Origin: a virus
Length of the DNA stretch: 35,444 nucleotides
Strand: one strand, 5' to 3'
IMG/VR virus record: IMGVR_UViG_3300042376_000850
Positions 25,802-32,569 of this stretch are shown piece by piece (position 1 is the first letter of the stretch; each line of letters starts with the position of its first letter). A model generated the notes under the pieces. The model searched no databases. It worked only from the letters and a program-made list of their open reading frames with translations, and had not been told where the DNA came from. The position numbers were made by a program, and so were the translations under genes.

Positions 25802-26049
25802 GTGGGTATTCCGTATTTTTCGAGCAGCGGCTTGTCGGCCATGATTTTTGACCACGCCTCTTGTGGGCTTTCCGCAACTGTCACTAGTCTTTCGGGTGAT
25901 GCGCTAGTTTTTAACTCTGCGCCATTTGGGAACAAAAAATATGCTGTTTTGTTGTCACATTTAAAAGGGTGCCACATGACATATTGCACCGCGCCAATTT
26001 TATCAATGGCTGGCGGTCTGGTTTGTGGGTGCGCTTGTACAAATATCAT
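25798..26049 (-). CDS. Hypothetical protein
   Basis: 83-aa ORF, ATGA-coupled at both ends. Confidence 0.5.
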   Translation of the reverse strand: MIFVQAHPQTRPPAIDKIGAVQYVMWHPFKCDNKTAYFLFPNGAELKTSASPERLVTVAESPQEAWSKIMADKPLLEKYGIPT

Positions 26050-26387
26050 GGGGATATGCTCACTCTTACCGCGCCGTTTGACACCATAGGCAGGCCGTTA
26101 GAATATGTCGCCAGTGCTCCTGTCGAGACACACAAAGCGCCATCATTGGCTCTTGGCAAGCCGTTAGACCACGCCACATCAGCAGGAAGCCCAGCAGTCG
26201 CATCAAAGTATCGAATCTGTCCCGCGTCAGTCATTAAAAGACCGTTAGCGTACTCGTCACCACCTGTAGCAATAGCCCTGTTCAAATCACCAGATAAAAG
26301 CACACCGTTCTGAAATGTGTCTGTCGGCTGAATAGCGCCAGTTCCTAATTGCACTACTTCGGTAGCTGATACTGTAAATATAGACAT
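26046..26387 (-). CDS. Hypothetical protein with repeated NGLP motifs
   Basis: 113-aa ORF between terL and the portal gene. Confidence 0.5.
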   Translation of the reverse strand: MSIFTVSATEVVQLGTGAIQPTDTFQNGVLLSGDLNRAIATGGDEYANGLLMTDAGQIRYFDATAGLPADVAWSNGLPRANDGALCVSTGALATYSNGLPMVSNGAVRVSISP

Positions 26388-27739
26388 TAGTATCTTTCCT
26401 GATGGCGTTTAACGTCTCGCCATAATTCGTCTAAAGGTGCCGTAATTATGACACCGTTCTGCGCTTTTATGTTGAATATTGCAGGTTTTTCGGGTTCTTT
26501 AGGCTTAATTTCTCGCCAACTTAGTGCCAACATCCTAAAAGCATCCGCACAATGACTAGAAAAATCGTGTCTCGGTCGTTCACTAAAGGCTTTCTTGTCT
26601 TCGTTCCATTCCCTTTGGTATTGTTTGAGTATTTCTACCGCGTCGCCGCAATTCTCACGGTCAAACCATACCCGCGGCATCATCATACGCACTGCCTGAA
26701 TCCCGTCCTGTACGCTTAAACTTGGCACAATCGCCAGCTTTCCAGCACCACCCAATAACGGTATCAGTTGTTCAATAATCGACTTTCCGTCGCTTGATAG
26801 CGTCTTTGCCCTTGCGTCGTGGGGTAGCCAATGTCTAGCGTATCTGTATCCTTTCCCGTTGACTGCTCTGGCGTAGTCCTCAATAGAAAGCCCAGAAGCT
26901 GCGTAGTAGTCTATGCAGTGTATTTCGTTTGGGGTTATCTGATAGAACCAGATTGCTGTATCGTCGTGATAACCCAAGTCCCATGCCGTGTATACCGGAA
27001 TCGCCGGGTCATATTCCACTCTGGTAATGCGCCCAGTTTCTTCGGCTTGTTTTAGCTCTTTGCCGTAATACGCACCCAATATAGCCGCTTCAAACGAACA
27101 TTCAAACTCTTGTTCGTACTGGTCTTCGGTCATTCCTCTTTTTGCGTCTTCTAGCTCTGAATTAGGCAGCAGTCCAGACAGACTGGCCTTAATACTCGCC
27201 GCATACCATGAATCCGAAGTTTGCGCGGTACGCCAAATATCATAGAACCCGTTATGACCTTTGGGTGTTCCAATGAATACCGCCCATCCTTCCCGGTCGG
27301 CAAGTAATGGCCTAATAATCTCGCCCCACACTCTTGGGCGCATATCTGCATATTCATCCAGTATCACACCGTCTAGGTACAAACCGCGCAAAGCGTCCGG
27401 GTTATCTGCCCCGAACAGCCTTATTCTTGCGCCGTTCAGCAGTTCTACCCACAATTCAGAAGCATTAGCGTTTACCCTGACTGGCTCACTAAATTTCAGC
27501 AAATAATCCCATGCAATGCTTTTCGCCTGACTGTAAAAAGGCGCAATATAGGCGTATCTTGCCTCTGTCTTGCTTTCTGCGACCGCTCGGCGTATCAAGT
27601 CGTTAATACATGCCACCGTTTTGCCTGCCCGTCTATGTGCTACCAAGCAAGCCCAACGTTCTGATCTTCGGTGAAACTTTTTGAATGCATCCCTTGGCGA
27701 GTAAGGGATGATTATCTCGCGGGTCAGTCCTGCGCCCAT
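26387..27739 (-). CDS. terL: Terminase large subunit
   Basis: Walker A-like HRRAGKT, Walker B-like VILDEYAD, and nuclease motifs AWDLGYHDDTAIW and HWLPHD. Confidence 0.9.
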   Translation of the reverse strand: MGAGLTREIIIPYSPRDAFKKFHRRSERWACLVAHRRAGKTVACINDLIRRAVAESKTEARYAYIAPFYSQAKSIAWDYLLKFSEPVRVNANASELWVELLNGARIRLFGADNPDALRGLYLDGVILDEYADMRPRVWGEIIRPLLADREGWAVFIGTPKGHNGFYDIWRTAQTSDSWYAASIKASLSGLLPNSELEDAKRGMTEDQYEQEFECSFEAAILGAYYGKELKQAEETGRITRVEYDPAIPVYTAWDLGYHDDTAIWFYQITPNEIHCIDYYAASGLSIEDYARAVNGKGYRYARHWLPHDARAKTLSSDGKSIIEQLIPLLGGAGKLAIVPSLSVQDGIQAVRMMMPRVWFDRENCGDAVEILKQYQREWNEDKKAFSERPRHDFSSHCADAFRMLALSWREIKPKEPEKPAIFNIKAQNGVIITAPLDELWRDVKRHQERY

Positions 27740-28050
27740 TTGACTATCGTTTGTACCGGATTGTCTTTATCCCCGACAAGCTCAGTCCTTGCCAACTTGG
27801 GCGCGGCAAACTCAGCCAGCTTTGCGAGTAAATCTAAGGCTTTGCCGGGGTCTGGCTTGATTTCTCTTTCTAAATCACCCTCTGCCACTATTGTCAGCCA
27901 ATTGGCAACATTATCAGCATTACCCTCTAACAGCTTGTTGATTGTTTCCCTAAATTCCCTTGTGGCTTTGTTCGGTGTCCCGGCGGATCTTCCTCCGGTC
28001 TTTGGTGTTCCTTTTGGCCGACCAAAGCCGGTTTTCGGCTTAGTAGTCAT
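27724..28050 (-). CDS. terS: Terminase small subunit
   Basis: 108 aa. A basic N-terminus GRPKGTPKTGGRSAGTPNK is followed by a helical region. It overlaps the terL start. Confidence 0.65.
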   Translation of the reverse strand: MTTKPKTGFGRPKGTPKTGGRSAGTPNKATREFRETINKLLEGNADNVANWLTIVAEGDLEREIKPDPGKALDLLAKLAEFAAPKLARTELVGDKDNPVQTIVKWAQD

Positions 28051-28081
28051 TTTCTATCCATTTTTTACTATAGATAGGTTT

Positions 28082-28109
28082 ATTCTACACAATTATGCGG
28101 TTTTTGCAA
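28082..28109 (-). promoter_or_regulatory. Candidate sigma70-type promoter upstream of terS (TTGCAA-16-TAGAAT)
   Basis: Minus strand reads TTGCAAaaaccgcataattgtgTAGAAT, about 30 nt upstream of the terS ATG. Confidence 0.4.
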
Positions 28110-28254
28110 CACTTGCCCTTATGTATCTTTTGTATTGGCGGCTATCTAAAATGAATGCATCGCAGTTAATTACTGGCCGTTTATTTTTCTTAAAATGGCC
28201 ACCTAACCCAGCTAAATACAAAGCGTATCTACTGACGATGTATTTTCTTTTCAT
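28093..28254 (-). CDS. Hypothetical 53-aa very basic protein
   Basis: ATGA overlap with the upstream stop. Sequence MKRKYIVSRYALYLAGLGGHFKKNKRPVINCDAFILDSRQYKRYIRASVAKTA. The ORF is AT-rich. Confidence 0.3.
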   Translation of the reverse strand: MKRKYIVSRYALYLAGLGGHFKKNKRPVINCDAFILDSRQYKRYIRASVAKTA

Positions 28255-28703
28255 TTTGAACTCCACCTTATAAGGTCGCCATCAATGTCAACAACATAAA
28301 CAGGCAGTTTCATTGTTTCCGCGTCGGCTTTTATTCGCTCTTTCCATACCCCCGGCATTTGTGCGTACTTTTCCCCTGTTATTGTCCGGCATGGCGCGAG
28401 TTTTGGGTAGCTTTCTTTTGCAAGCAGCCTATCCAGTTCTTTAGTCTCACCCTGTTTGAAAAGTTTGTAAATTACTTCCAGCGGCCATTCTGAATCGTCC
28501 GTGTTGTTCCAGCGTATTTGTAAATGCGCCCCAAACCACTCAACTGGCGCTAATCTTGGCCTGCATTCGTTTAGTGTCATTTCCTCTGCCTTTGAGCATA
28601 TAGCCCCGCATTCCTCGCAAACATAGCCCGTCCCGCTTCTTCCCCGCCATTCATGGCCTTTGTAAAGTATTGGCTTGTCCATGCTAGGCGCGCTACCGGA
28701 CAT
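28251..28703 (-). CDS. Hypothetical protein with a CxxC element (YVCEECGAIC)
   Basis: 150-aa ORF. The alternative start at 28682 avoids overlap with the lipoprotein gene. Confidence 0.5.
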   Translation of the reverse strand: MSGSAPSMDKPILYKGHEWRGRSGTGYVCEECGAICSKAEEMTLNECRPRLAPVEWFGAHLQIRWNNTDDSEWPLEVIYKLFKQGETKELDRLLAKESYPKLAPCRTITGEKYAQMPGVWKERIKADAETMKLPVYVVDIDGDLIRWSSK

Positions 28704-28956
28704 AGTTTGTCATGTACGACGACTGGTTGCTGCACTCCTGCACCACGTCAGCCACATCGTCGTCCGATTGGCGCGGCATCTTGGCGGCCAGCTCCATGCA
28801 CTTCACAAACAGCGCCTCACGCGCAGCGCCGCGCTTGGCGTCGGTTGCCCGCTTTGCAGCTTCGGCCTCCTCGGTCGGCGTAAATGCGCCGTTTGTGCAG
28901 CCGGTTAGTGTAACGGCCAGCGCCGCGATCAGTAGTGCTCTTATCGTCAAAATCAT
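28693..28956 (-). CDS. Small lipoprotein (GC-rich moron-like gene)
   Basis: Signal peptide plus lipobox MILTIRALLIAALAVTLTGC. An AGGAG RBS lies 6 nt upstream. It is visibly more GC-rich than its flanks. Confidence 0.65.
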   Translation of the reverse strand: MILTIRALLIAALAVTLTGCTNGAFTPTEEAEAAKRATDAKRGAAREALFVKCMELAAKMPRQSDDDVADVVQECSNQSSYMTNYVR

Positions 28957-29011
28957 TGTGCGCTCCTAATTTTTATCTATCAAAATATAAGGCTGTATAA
29001 GGTGGGGCTTA

Positions 29012-29334
29012 TTACCCCGGTGATGACCCGTACCCACACCCGTCGATGTGGTTCACCTGTAAATTCAGGCTCATACGCTTTGCAGGCCATTTACATGGCT
29101 CCTGTGCCGGATAATTCACTAACACGGCTGGGGTCTCGTCGTGACCTTCGATATATGCCGCCAATAGGCACAACCCCATGCGTGTTATTTCCCCGTACTT
29201 TCCGGGGTGTTATCTAGGTGCTGCGTTTCAAACTGCCTAGCCAATTTCTCATAACCGATCAGCAGCGTTCGTTTTGTTAGTGGCCGGTGCTGATCCCCGA
29301 CATTAGTAAATTGTGCAACTACACAACCGCGCAT
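29012..29334 (-). pseudogene. Possible decayed HNH-type (HNH_3-like) endonuclease remnant
   Basis: Two short ORFs without RBS lie in different frames: 29185..29334 (49 aa) and 29012..29179 (55 aa). The second contains LQVNHIDG (29039-29056), which resembles the VNHIDG core of HNH_3 nucleases, but the ORF stops 8 codons later. Confidence 0.2.
29114..29130. repeat. 17-nt direct repeat, copy A (ATTCACTAACACGGCTG)
   Basis: Matches 29345-29361 at 16 of 17 positions, 231 bp away. Confidence 0.8.
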
Positions 29335-29344
29335 CAGCCTACGC

Positions 29345-29361
29345 ATTCACTAACACGACTG
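29345..29361. repeat. 17-nt direct repeat, copy B (ATTCACTAACACGACTG)
   Basis: Matches 29114-29130 at 16 of 17 positions. Confidence 0.8.
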
Positions 29362-29413
29362 AAACTTGATTAGCTCCCTTGCTGGGTGGTCGTCCTGGCC
29401 ATCGGACAGTTCA

Positions 29414-29575
29414 TCAAGTCTCATGCGTCTTATTTTCCCTCATTTTCGCTATCTTATCCAACATTTCCCGCTTTTCGATTAGCGCTTTTGCTTTCTTTTC
29501 TGCCTCCGCTTTACTCAGTCCCGCGTCGTATTGAAGTATTGCGGCGCGCTCTTCAAATGCTTCACGGTCAGTCAT
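29414..29575 (-). CDS. Hypothetical 53-aa protein with an ERAAI..YDAGLS.AEAE motif
   Basis: Hand translation gives MTDREAFEERAAILQYDAGLSKAEAEKKAKALIEKREMLDKIAKMRENKTHET. The motif recurs in small phage and plasmid replication-associated proteins. Confidence 0.5.
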   Translation of the reverse strand: MTDREAFEERAAILQYDAGLSKAEAEKKAKALIEKREMLDKIAKMRENKTHET

Positions 29576-30068
29576 TTTTCCCCCTTAGTTTGGCTTCAAT
29601 TGCGCGGGCAAAGAAAAACTTTGCCGCCCATAAATCAGTTTCGCCCGGTATGCTTTTGCTGATTGCGGATATTTCCTCGTCTGTCAGCCATTGCCATTCG
29701 CGCTTGCTTTGTGGAATAGTGAGTAGTTCGTGTCCATAACCTTCTGGCTTATCAGATAGCCACATACGAATGTCAGCTAATGTCCCATCAGCGTTCTTAG
29801 GATTACTCAAGCACACATACGCCACTGGATCCTGCTCTGGCTTGCTCCCCTGCTCTCCCATCTCTGCAAGGCAAACGGCACACAGTTTGGCACGTTCGCA
29901 GGTTTCCCCGCACTGATTACGCGGCTCTGGTTTGGCTAGTGCGGCGCGTAGGGCGTAGCGCAGCCTTGCTGCGTCCCCGTACACGCAAACATCCATGTAC
30001 GGCGTCGTGCCCCATCTTTCGCTGGTTACAAACTCCAGCGCCTGCTCCAGCAGTTTGCGGTCAGTCAT
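29568..30068 (-). CDS. Hypothetical early protein with a C-terminal LTDEEI...FARAIEAKL motif
   Basis: The start is taken at ATG 30068 (GGAGG RBS); the track start at 30074 is TTG. Confidence 0.55.
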   Translation of the reverse strand: MTDRKLLEQALEFVTSERWGTTPYMDVCVYGDAARLRYALRAALAKPEPRNQCGETCERAKLCAVCLAEMGEQGSKPEQDPVAYVCLSNPKNADGTLADIRMWLSDKPEGYGHELLTIPQSKREWQWLTDEEISAISKSIPGETDLWAAKFFFARAIEAKLRGKND

Positions 30069-30070
30069 CT

Positions 30071-30208
30071 TCAACCTCCAAAATGATAAAAAGTTAGCAG
30101 ACTTTTACTTGGTGTTTGGTCTTTCAGCTCAGTAAACAGAAAAACCAGAGCAAAATAAAACGCTGCCATGCAAGCAAGTGCAACAACGTTGGCCATCAGT
30201 TTTTTCAT
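30071..30208 (-). CDS. Hypothetical 45-aa membrane protein
   Basis: ATGA overlap. Sequence MKKLMANVVALACMAAFYFALVFLFTELKDQTPSKSLLTFYHFGG. Confidence 0.4.
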   Translation of the reverse strand: MKKLMANVVALACMAAFYFALVFLFTELKDQTPSKSLLTFYHFGG

Positions 30209-30465
30209 TTCTCACCCTTAGTCAATTCGTTAATACACAATTGAATACCCATCTCACGCCCTTCCTTGTAATCGTCGCTTGCGCCCTGAATCGTGTGAGA
30301 TTCGTCTCTGATTTTCTGAAAGGTGGCGAGCAGTGCCTCACGCTCGGCAGCAGCGACAAGGTTGGCGAAGCGTTCAAGGTGCAGTAATGCCGATTCGCTC
30401 CAAGGCTTGCCAGAATCATCGCCCCAAACCTCCCGCGCCATGCTAATAATGTCGTCTTTAGTCAT
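30205..30465 (-). CDS. MTKDDIISM-family small protein (tandem paralog 3)
   Basis: 86 aa, containing LERFANLVAAAEREAL. It shares a 46-nt identical 5' junction with the next gene. Confidence 0.65.
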   Translation of the reverse strand: MTKDDIISMAREVWGDDSGKPWSESALLHLERFANLVAAAEREALLATFQKIRDESHTIQGASDDYKEGREMGIQLCINELTKGEK

Positions 30466-30704
30466 TTCTCACCTCTTGCTAGTATGGCTTCCTCGATAGC
30501 TTCAGCGTCTCTGCCAGCCGCCGTAGCACTACATAATGCGGCACACTCTTTGCGTACTTTGGCTTCAAGTAATTCAGCGAAGCGTTCAAGCGGTGACGTC
30601 AGGTCGCTGTCAGCAGCAGCGCCTCCGCAAGAATAATAAATTCCGCTGAAATCCTTGCTGAAACCAGCTTCCAGCGCCATGCTAATAATGTCGTCTTTAG
30701 TCAT
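30462..30704 (-). CDS. MTKDDIISM-family small protein (tandem paralog 2)
   Basis: 80 aa, containing LERFAELLEAKVRKECAALC. Confidence 0.65.
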   Translation of the reverse strand: MTKDDIISMALEAGFSKDFSGIYYSCGGAAADSDLTSPLERFAELLEAKVRKECAALCSATAAGRDAEAIEEAILARGEK

Positions 30705-30889
30705 TTCTCACCTCTTGCTTTGATTGCCTTGATCAGGCTGTTAATGTTTTCGAGTTCATCGACTAGCCAGTCAACTTCGGCGTGAAAATACCCCATTCCT
30801 CGATCTCGCTCGACAATTATTTTCCCTATTGCCCTTTGAGCTTCGCGCAAGATACGGGCAGCCTCTTTCAGCATTTCTTGGTCAGTCAT
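30701..30889 (-). CDS. Small helical protein within the paralog array
   Basis: 62 aa, ATGA-coupled, ending ARGEK like its neighbours. Confidence 0.5.
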   Translation of the reverse strand: MTDQEMLKEAARILREAQRAIGKIIVERDRGMGYFHAEVDWLVDELENINSLIKAIKARGEK

Positions 30890-31161
30890 TCTTCGCCTCT
30901 CTTTTCAATAAGATATGCACAATCTTCTAGTGCCTCAATCACAATACTTAAATGCTTATCTGTCTCAGCAGCTTCTTTTCTACATATTGCCGCGCACTTT
31001 TTACGCTCATCTGCTCGTACTTTTGCTTCAAGTAATGCGGCGAAGCGTTCAAGTTCGTCGTGCCAATCAGCGCCCTCAATCCAAACACGATCACCTTCTA
31101 CACTGTTGTGACACAGCACGGTTCCAAGTCCTGCTTCACGCGCCAGTTCTAGTATGTCCAT
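30886..31161 (-). CDS. Related family member (tandem paralog 1)
   Basis: MDILELAREAGLG...LERFAALLEAKVRADERKKCAAIC. The start is taken at ATG 31161 by alignment with the paralogs; the track start at 31194 is TTG. Confidence 0.55.
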   Translation of the reverse strand: MDILELAREAGLGTVLCHNSVEGDRVWIEGADWHDELERFAALLEAKVRADERKKCAAICRKEAAETDKHLSIVIEALEDCAYLIEKRGEE

Positions 31162-31285
31162 GCCCATCCCGCTGCGCTTACAAACTCGTCCCAAGTTAGG
31201 TCTATTGCTTTGTCTTCTAAAATGATAATTACGGTCATTTCATACTCCTATAGGGGCTTGCGCCCATTTTGTTATATACCTTTAA

Positions 31286-31627
31286 TCATTCCGCTTCGTC
31301 TGACACTTCAATAAGTGACATTTCGCAGTACATGCTATCTCCGAATTTATCGACATAGCTATCTGACATGCCATCAAAATAATCAAGTCCGGCGTCTTTT
31401 AGTATCTGATTGCCGCCAAATTTTTCCAAAACATCGCTTGAGTCTTTTATGTCGACGTGTGGGCTTGGATAGGCATCGTCTTGTACTTCCACCGTGTACA
31501 CCAAACCTACAGCCGCTCTATTGCTATTGGCGCTTTCTTCGACAGACCACTTACCCGGACCAGTTTCTCCGCTGTAAGACTTGATTGCTTCGGATAATGC
31601 TTTTACTGCTTCGGCTCTTGTCATCAT
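31286..31627 (-). CDS. Strongly acidic early protein; first gene after promoter P3
   Basis: 113 aa from ATG 31627 (GGAG 7 nt upstream), with about 23 Asp+Glu against 9 Lys+Arg. The track start at 31669 would lie on top of the promoter. Confidence 0.55.
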   Translation of the reverse strand: MMTRAEAVKALSEAIKSYSGETGPGKWSVEESANSNRAAVGLVYTVEVQDDAYPSPHVDIKDSSDVLEKFGGNQILKDAGLDYFDGMSDSYVDKFGDSMYCEMSLIEVSDEAE

Positions 31628-31660
31628 TTTCATTCTCCATTTCGTTTGTCGATGTAGAGA

Positions 31661-31688
31661 ATTATACACACTTAATAAGACTATGCAA
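31661..31688 (-). promoter_or_regulatory. Sigma70-type promoter P3 (TTGCAT-16-TATAAT) containing the shared 15-mer
   Basis: Minus strand reads TTGCATagtcttaTTAAGTGTGTATAAT. It overlaps the stop of the RuvC-like gene. Confidence 0.65.
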
Positions 31689-32115
31689 GCCTATTCATTC
31701 CACCATGTGAGAAAACACACATTGCCGCATCGCGCTCGTGTTGGTTGCTTTTTTTGTCCCAGCCAGTCAGCCTGTTGAAGGTTTCCGCGTCCAGCTTGCG
31801 GCCTTTGTGCTTAGGGCTTATTCCGTGGGCGCTTATTTTCATTTCCTCGCATAAAGCGCATATAAGGTTGCATATAGCGTCAACCTGGCCAACATTTCGA
31901 GCTATCTTCATGCGTGCGGCTTGGCTGGTGCCCCGGCTCCAGACTGGCGAAGTTAGGCGCGAATCCTCAAATATCACGCTTTTGACTGAAAGGTTAGGAA
32001 GTATGGTTATTAGCTGTATTGGCGTCCAGGTGGTTAGCTTTGTGAGCTTTCCGTCTTCAAATATAGCCACACCAGTGCTTGCGCCCGGGTCAAGTCCGAC
32101 GATCATATTCATCAA
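31681..32115 (-). CDS. RuvC-like Holliday-junction resolvase
   Basis: IVGLDPGASTGVAIF (first catalytic Asp), SVIFEDSRL (Glu) and NQHERDAAMCVF (C-terminal Asp motif) occur in the RuvC order. The ORF is 144 aa. Confidence 0.7.
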   Translation of the reverse strand: MMNMIVGLDPGASTGVAIFEDGKLTKLTTWTPIQLITILPNLSVKSVIFEDSRLTSPVWSRGTSQAARMKIARNVGQVDAICNLICALCEEMKISAHGISPKHKGRKLDAETFNRLTGWDKKSNQHERDAAMCVFSHGGMNRLA

Positions 32116-32254
32116 TCAGCCTAGTAACGCCCACGGAAAAATTGCCCCCGCCGATTTTTTTCGCTTTCTCATGTGCTTTTTTTGAGATGTAAATGTTGAC
32201 GCGCTTGGCATCTTCAATAGTGCGCGGCCTGCCTTTAGGTTTTATTGTGTCCAT
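32090..32254 (-). CDS. 54-aa ribbon-helix-helix-like DNA-binding protein, apparently leaderless
   Basis: Hand translation gives MDTIKPKGRPRTIEDAKRVNIYISKKAHEKAKKIGGGNFSVGVTRLIDEYDRRT, with a beta-strand RVNIYIS followed by two helices. Its ATG lies 6 nt after the P4 -10 box. Confidence 0.5.
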   Translation of the reverse strand: MDTIKPKGRPRTIEDAKRVNIYISKKAHEKAKKIGGGNFSVGVTRLIDEYDRRT

Positions 32255-32260
32255 TGTTTT

Positions 32261-32288
32261 ATTTTACACACTTAAGCGGCGGGTTCAA
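32261..32288 (-). promoter_or_regulatory. Sigma70-type promoter P4 (TTGAAC-16-TAAAAT) containing the shared 15-mer variant
   Basis: Minus strand reads TTGAACccgccgcTTAAGTGTGTAAAAT, then aaaaca, then ATG. Confidence 0.55.
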
Positions 32289-32308
32289 GTCTTTTATCCC
32301 AGTCACAT

Positions 32309-32569
32309 TCAAAAGAAAATGGAAGTCTGCCGAATATTTGCATCAACTCCCGCTCTTTCTGGCTTAACGCGCAGCTTTTCAACATCTCTGAGCCATCCGA
32401 AAGACTTTGAACAGGCAAGAATACTGGTTTTGACACGTTCGGCAATGTCTCTGCCCAGCCTCGCCTCAATGTCGCGAAGATAATCCGTGACTTGTGCTCG
32501 TTGTCCGTTTTGGTAATTCTCGACGGCACAGCAGAAGCGCTCAAAGGTTTCAACGCGGTCATTTTTCAT
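32309..32569 (-). CDS. Hypothetical protein (preferred frame of two overlapping ORFs)
   Basis: The 86-aa product has a helical-looking composition. A competing same-strand ORF at 32272..32562 lies in another frame. Confidence 0.45.
   Translation of the reverse strand: MKNDRVETFERFCCAVENYQNGQRAQVTDYLRDIEARLGRDIAERVKTSILACSKSFGWLRDVEKLRVKPERAGVDANIRQTSIFF

Noticed and set aside
27671-28273. 200-aa plus-strand ORF, together with other long plus-strand ORFs such as 22860..23423, 4919..5392, 3263..3727, 12241..12675, 14393..14851 and 31745..32185
   Set aside because: All lie antisense to minus-strand genes with recognisable motifs (terS/terL, the beta-helix protein, the holin-like protein, the nozzle-like protein, RuvC). 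They are Ser/Ala/Leu/Cys-rich with shadow-frame composition, and they lack RBS or coupling.
28957-29413. A tRNA or tmRNA gene in the long non-coding region
   Set aside because: I found no GTTCRANNC T-loop with matching 5-bp arms and no cloverleaf-compatible acceptor pairing on either strand by eye. tRNAscan-SE was not run.
29002-29739. Plus-strand ORFs 29002..29217 and 29386..29739 in or near the coding-poor region
   Set aside because: Neither has an RBS, and their composition is odd. The second lies antisense to two well-supported minus-strand genes (29414..29575 and 29568..30068).
31254-31265. GGGC-GCAA-GCCC hairpin after the acidic early gene considered as a terminator
   Set aside because: The stem is only 4 bp and no U-tract follows on the transcribed (minus) strand. 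At most it is a minor RNA-stability element.
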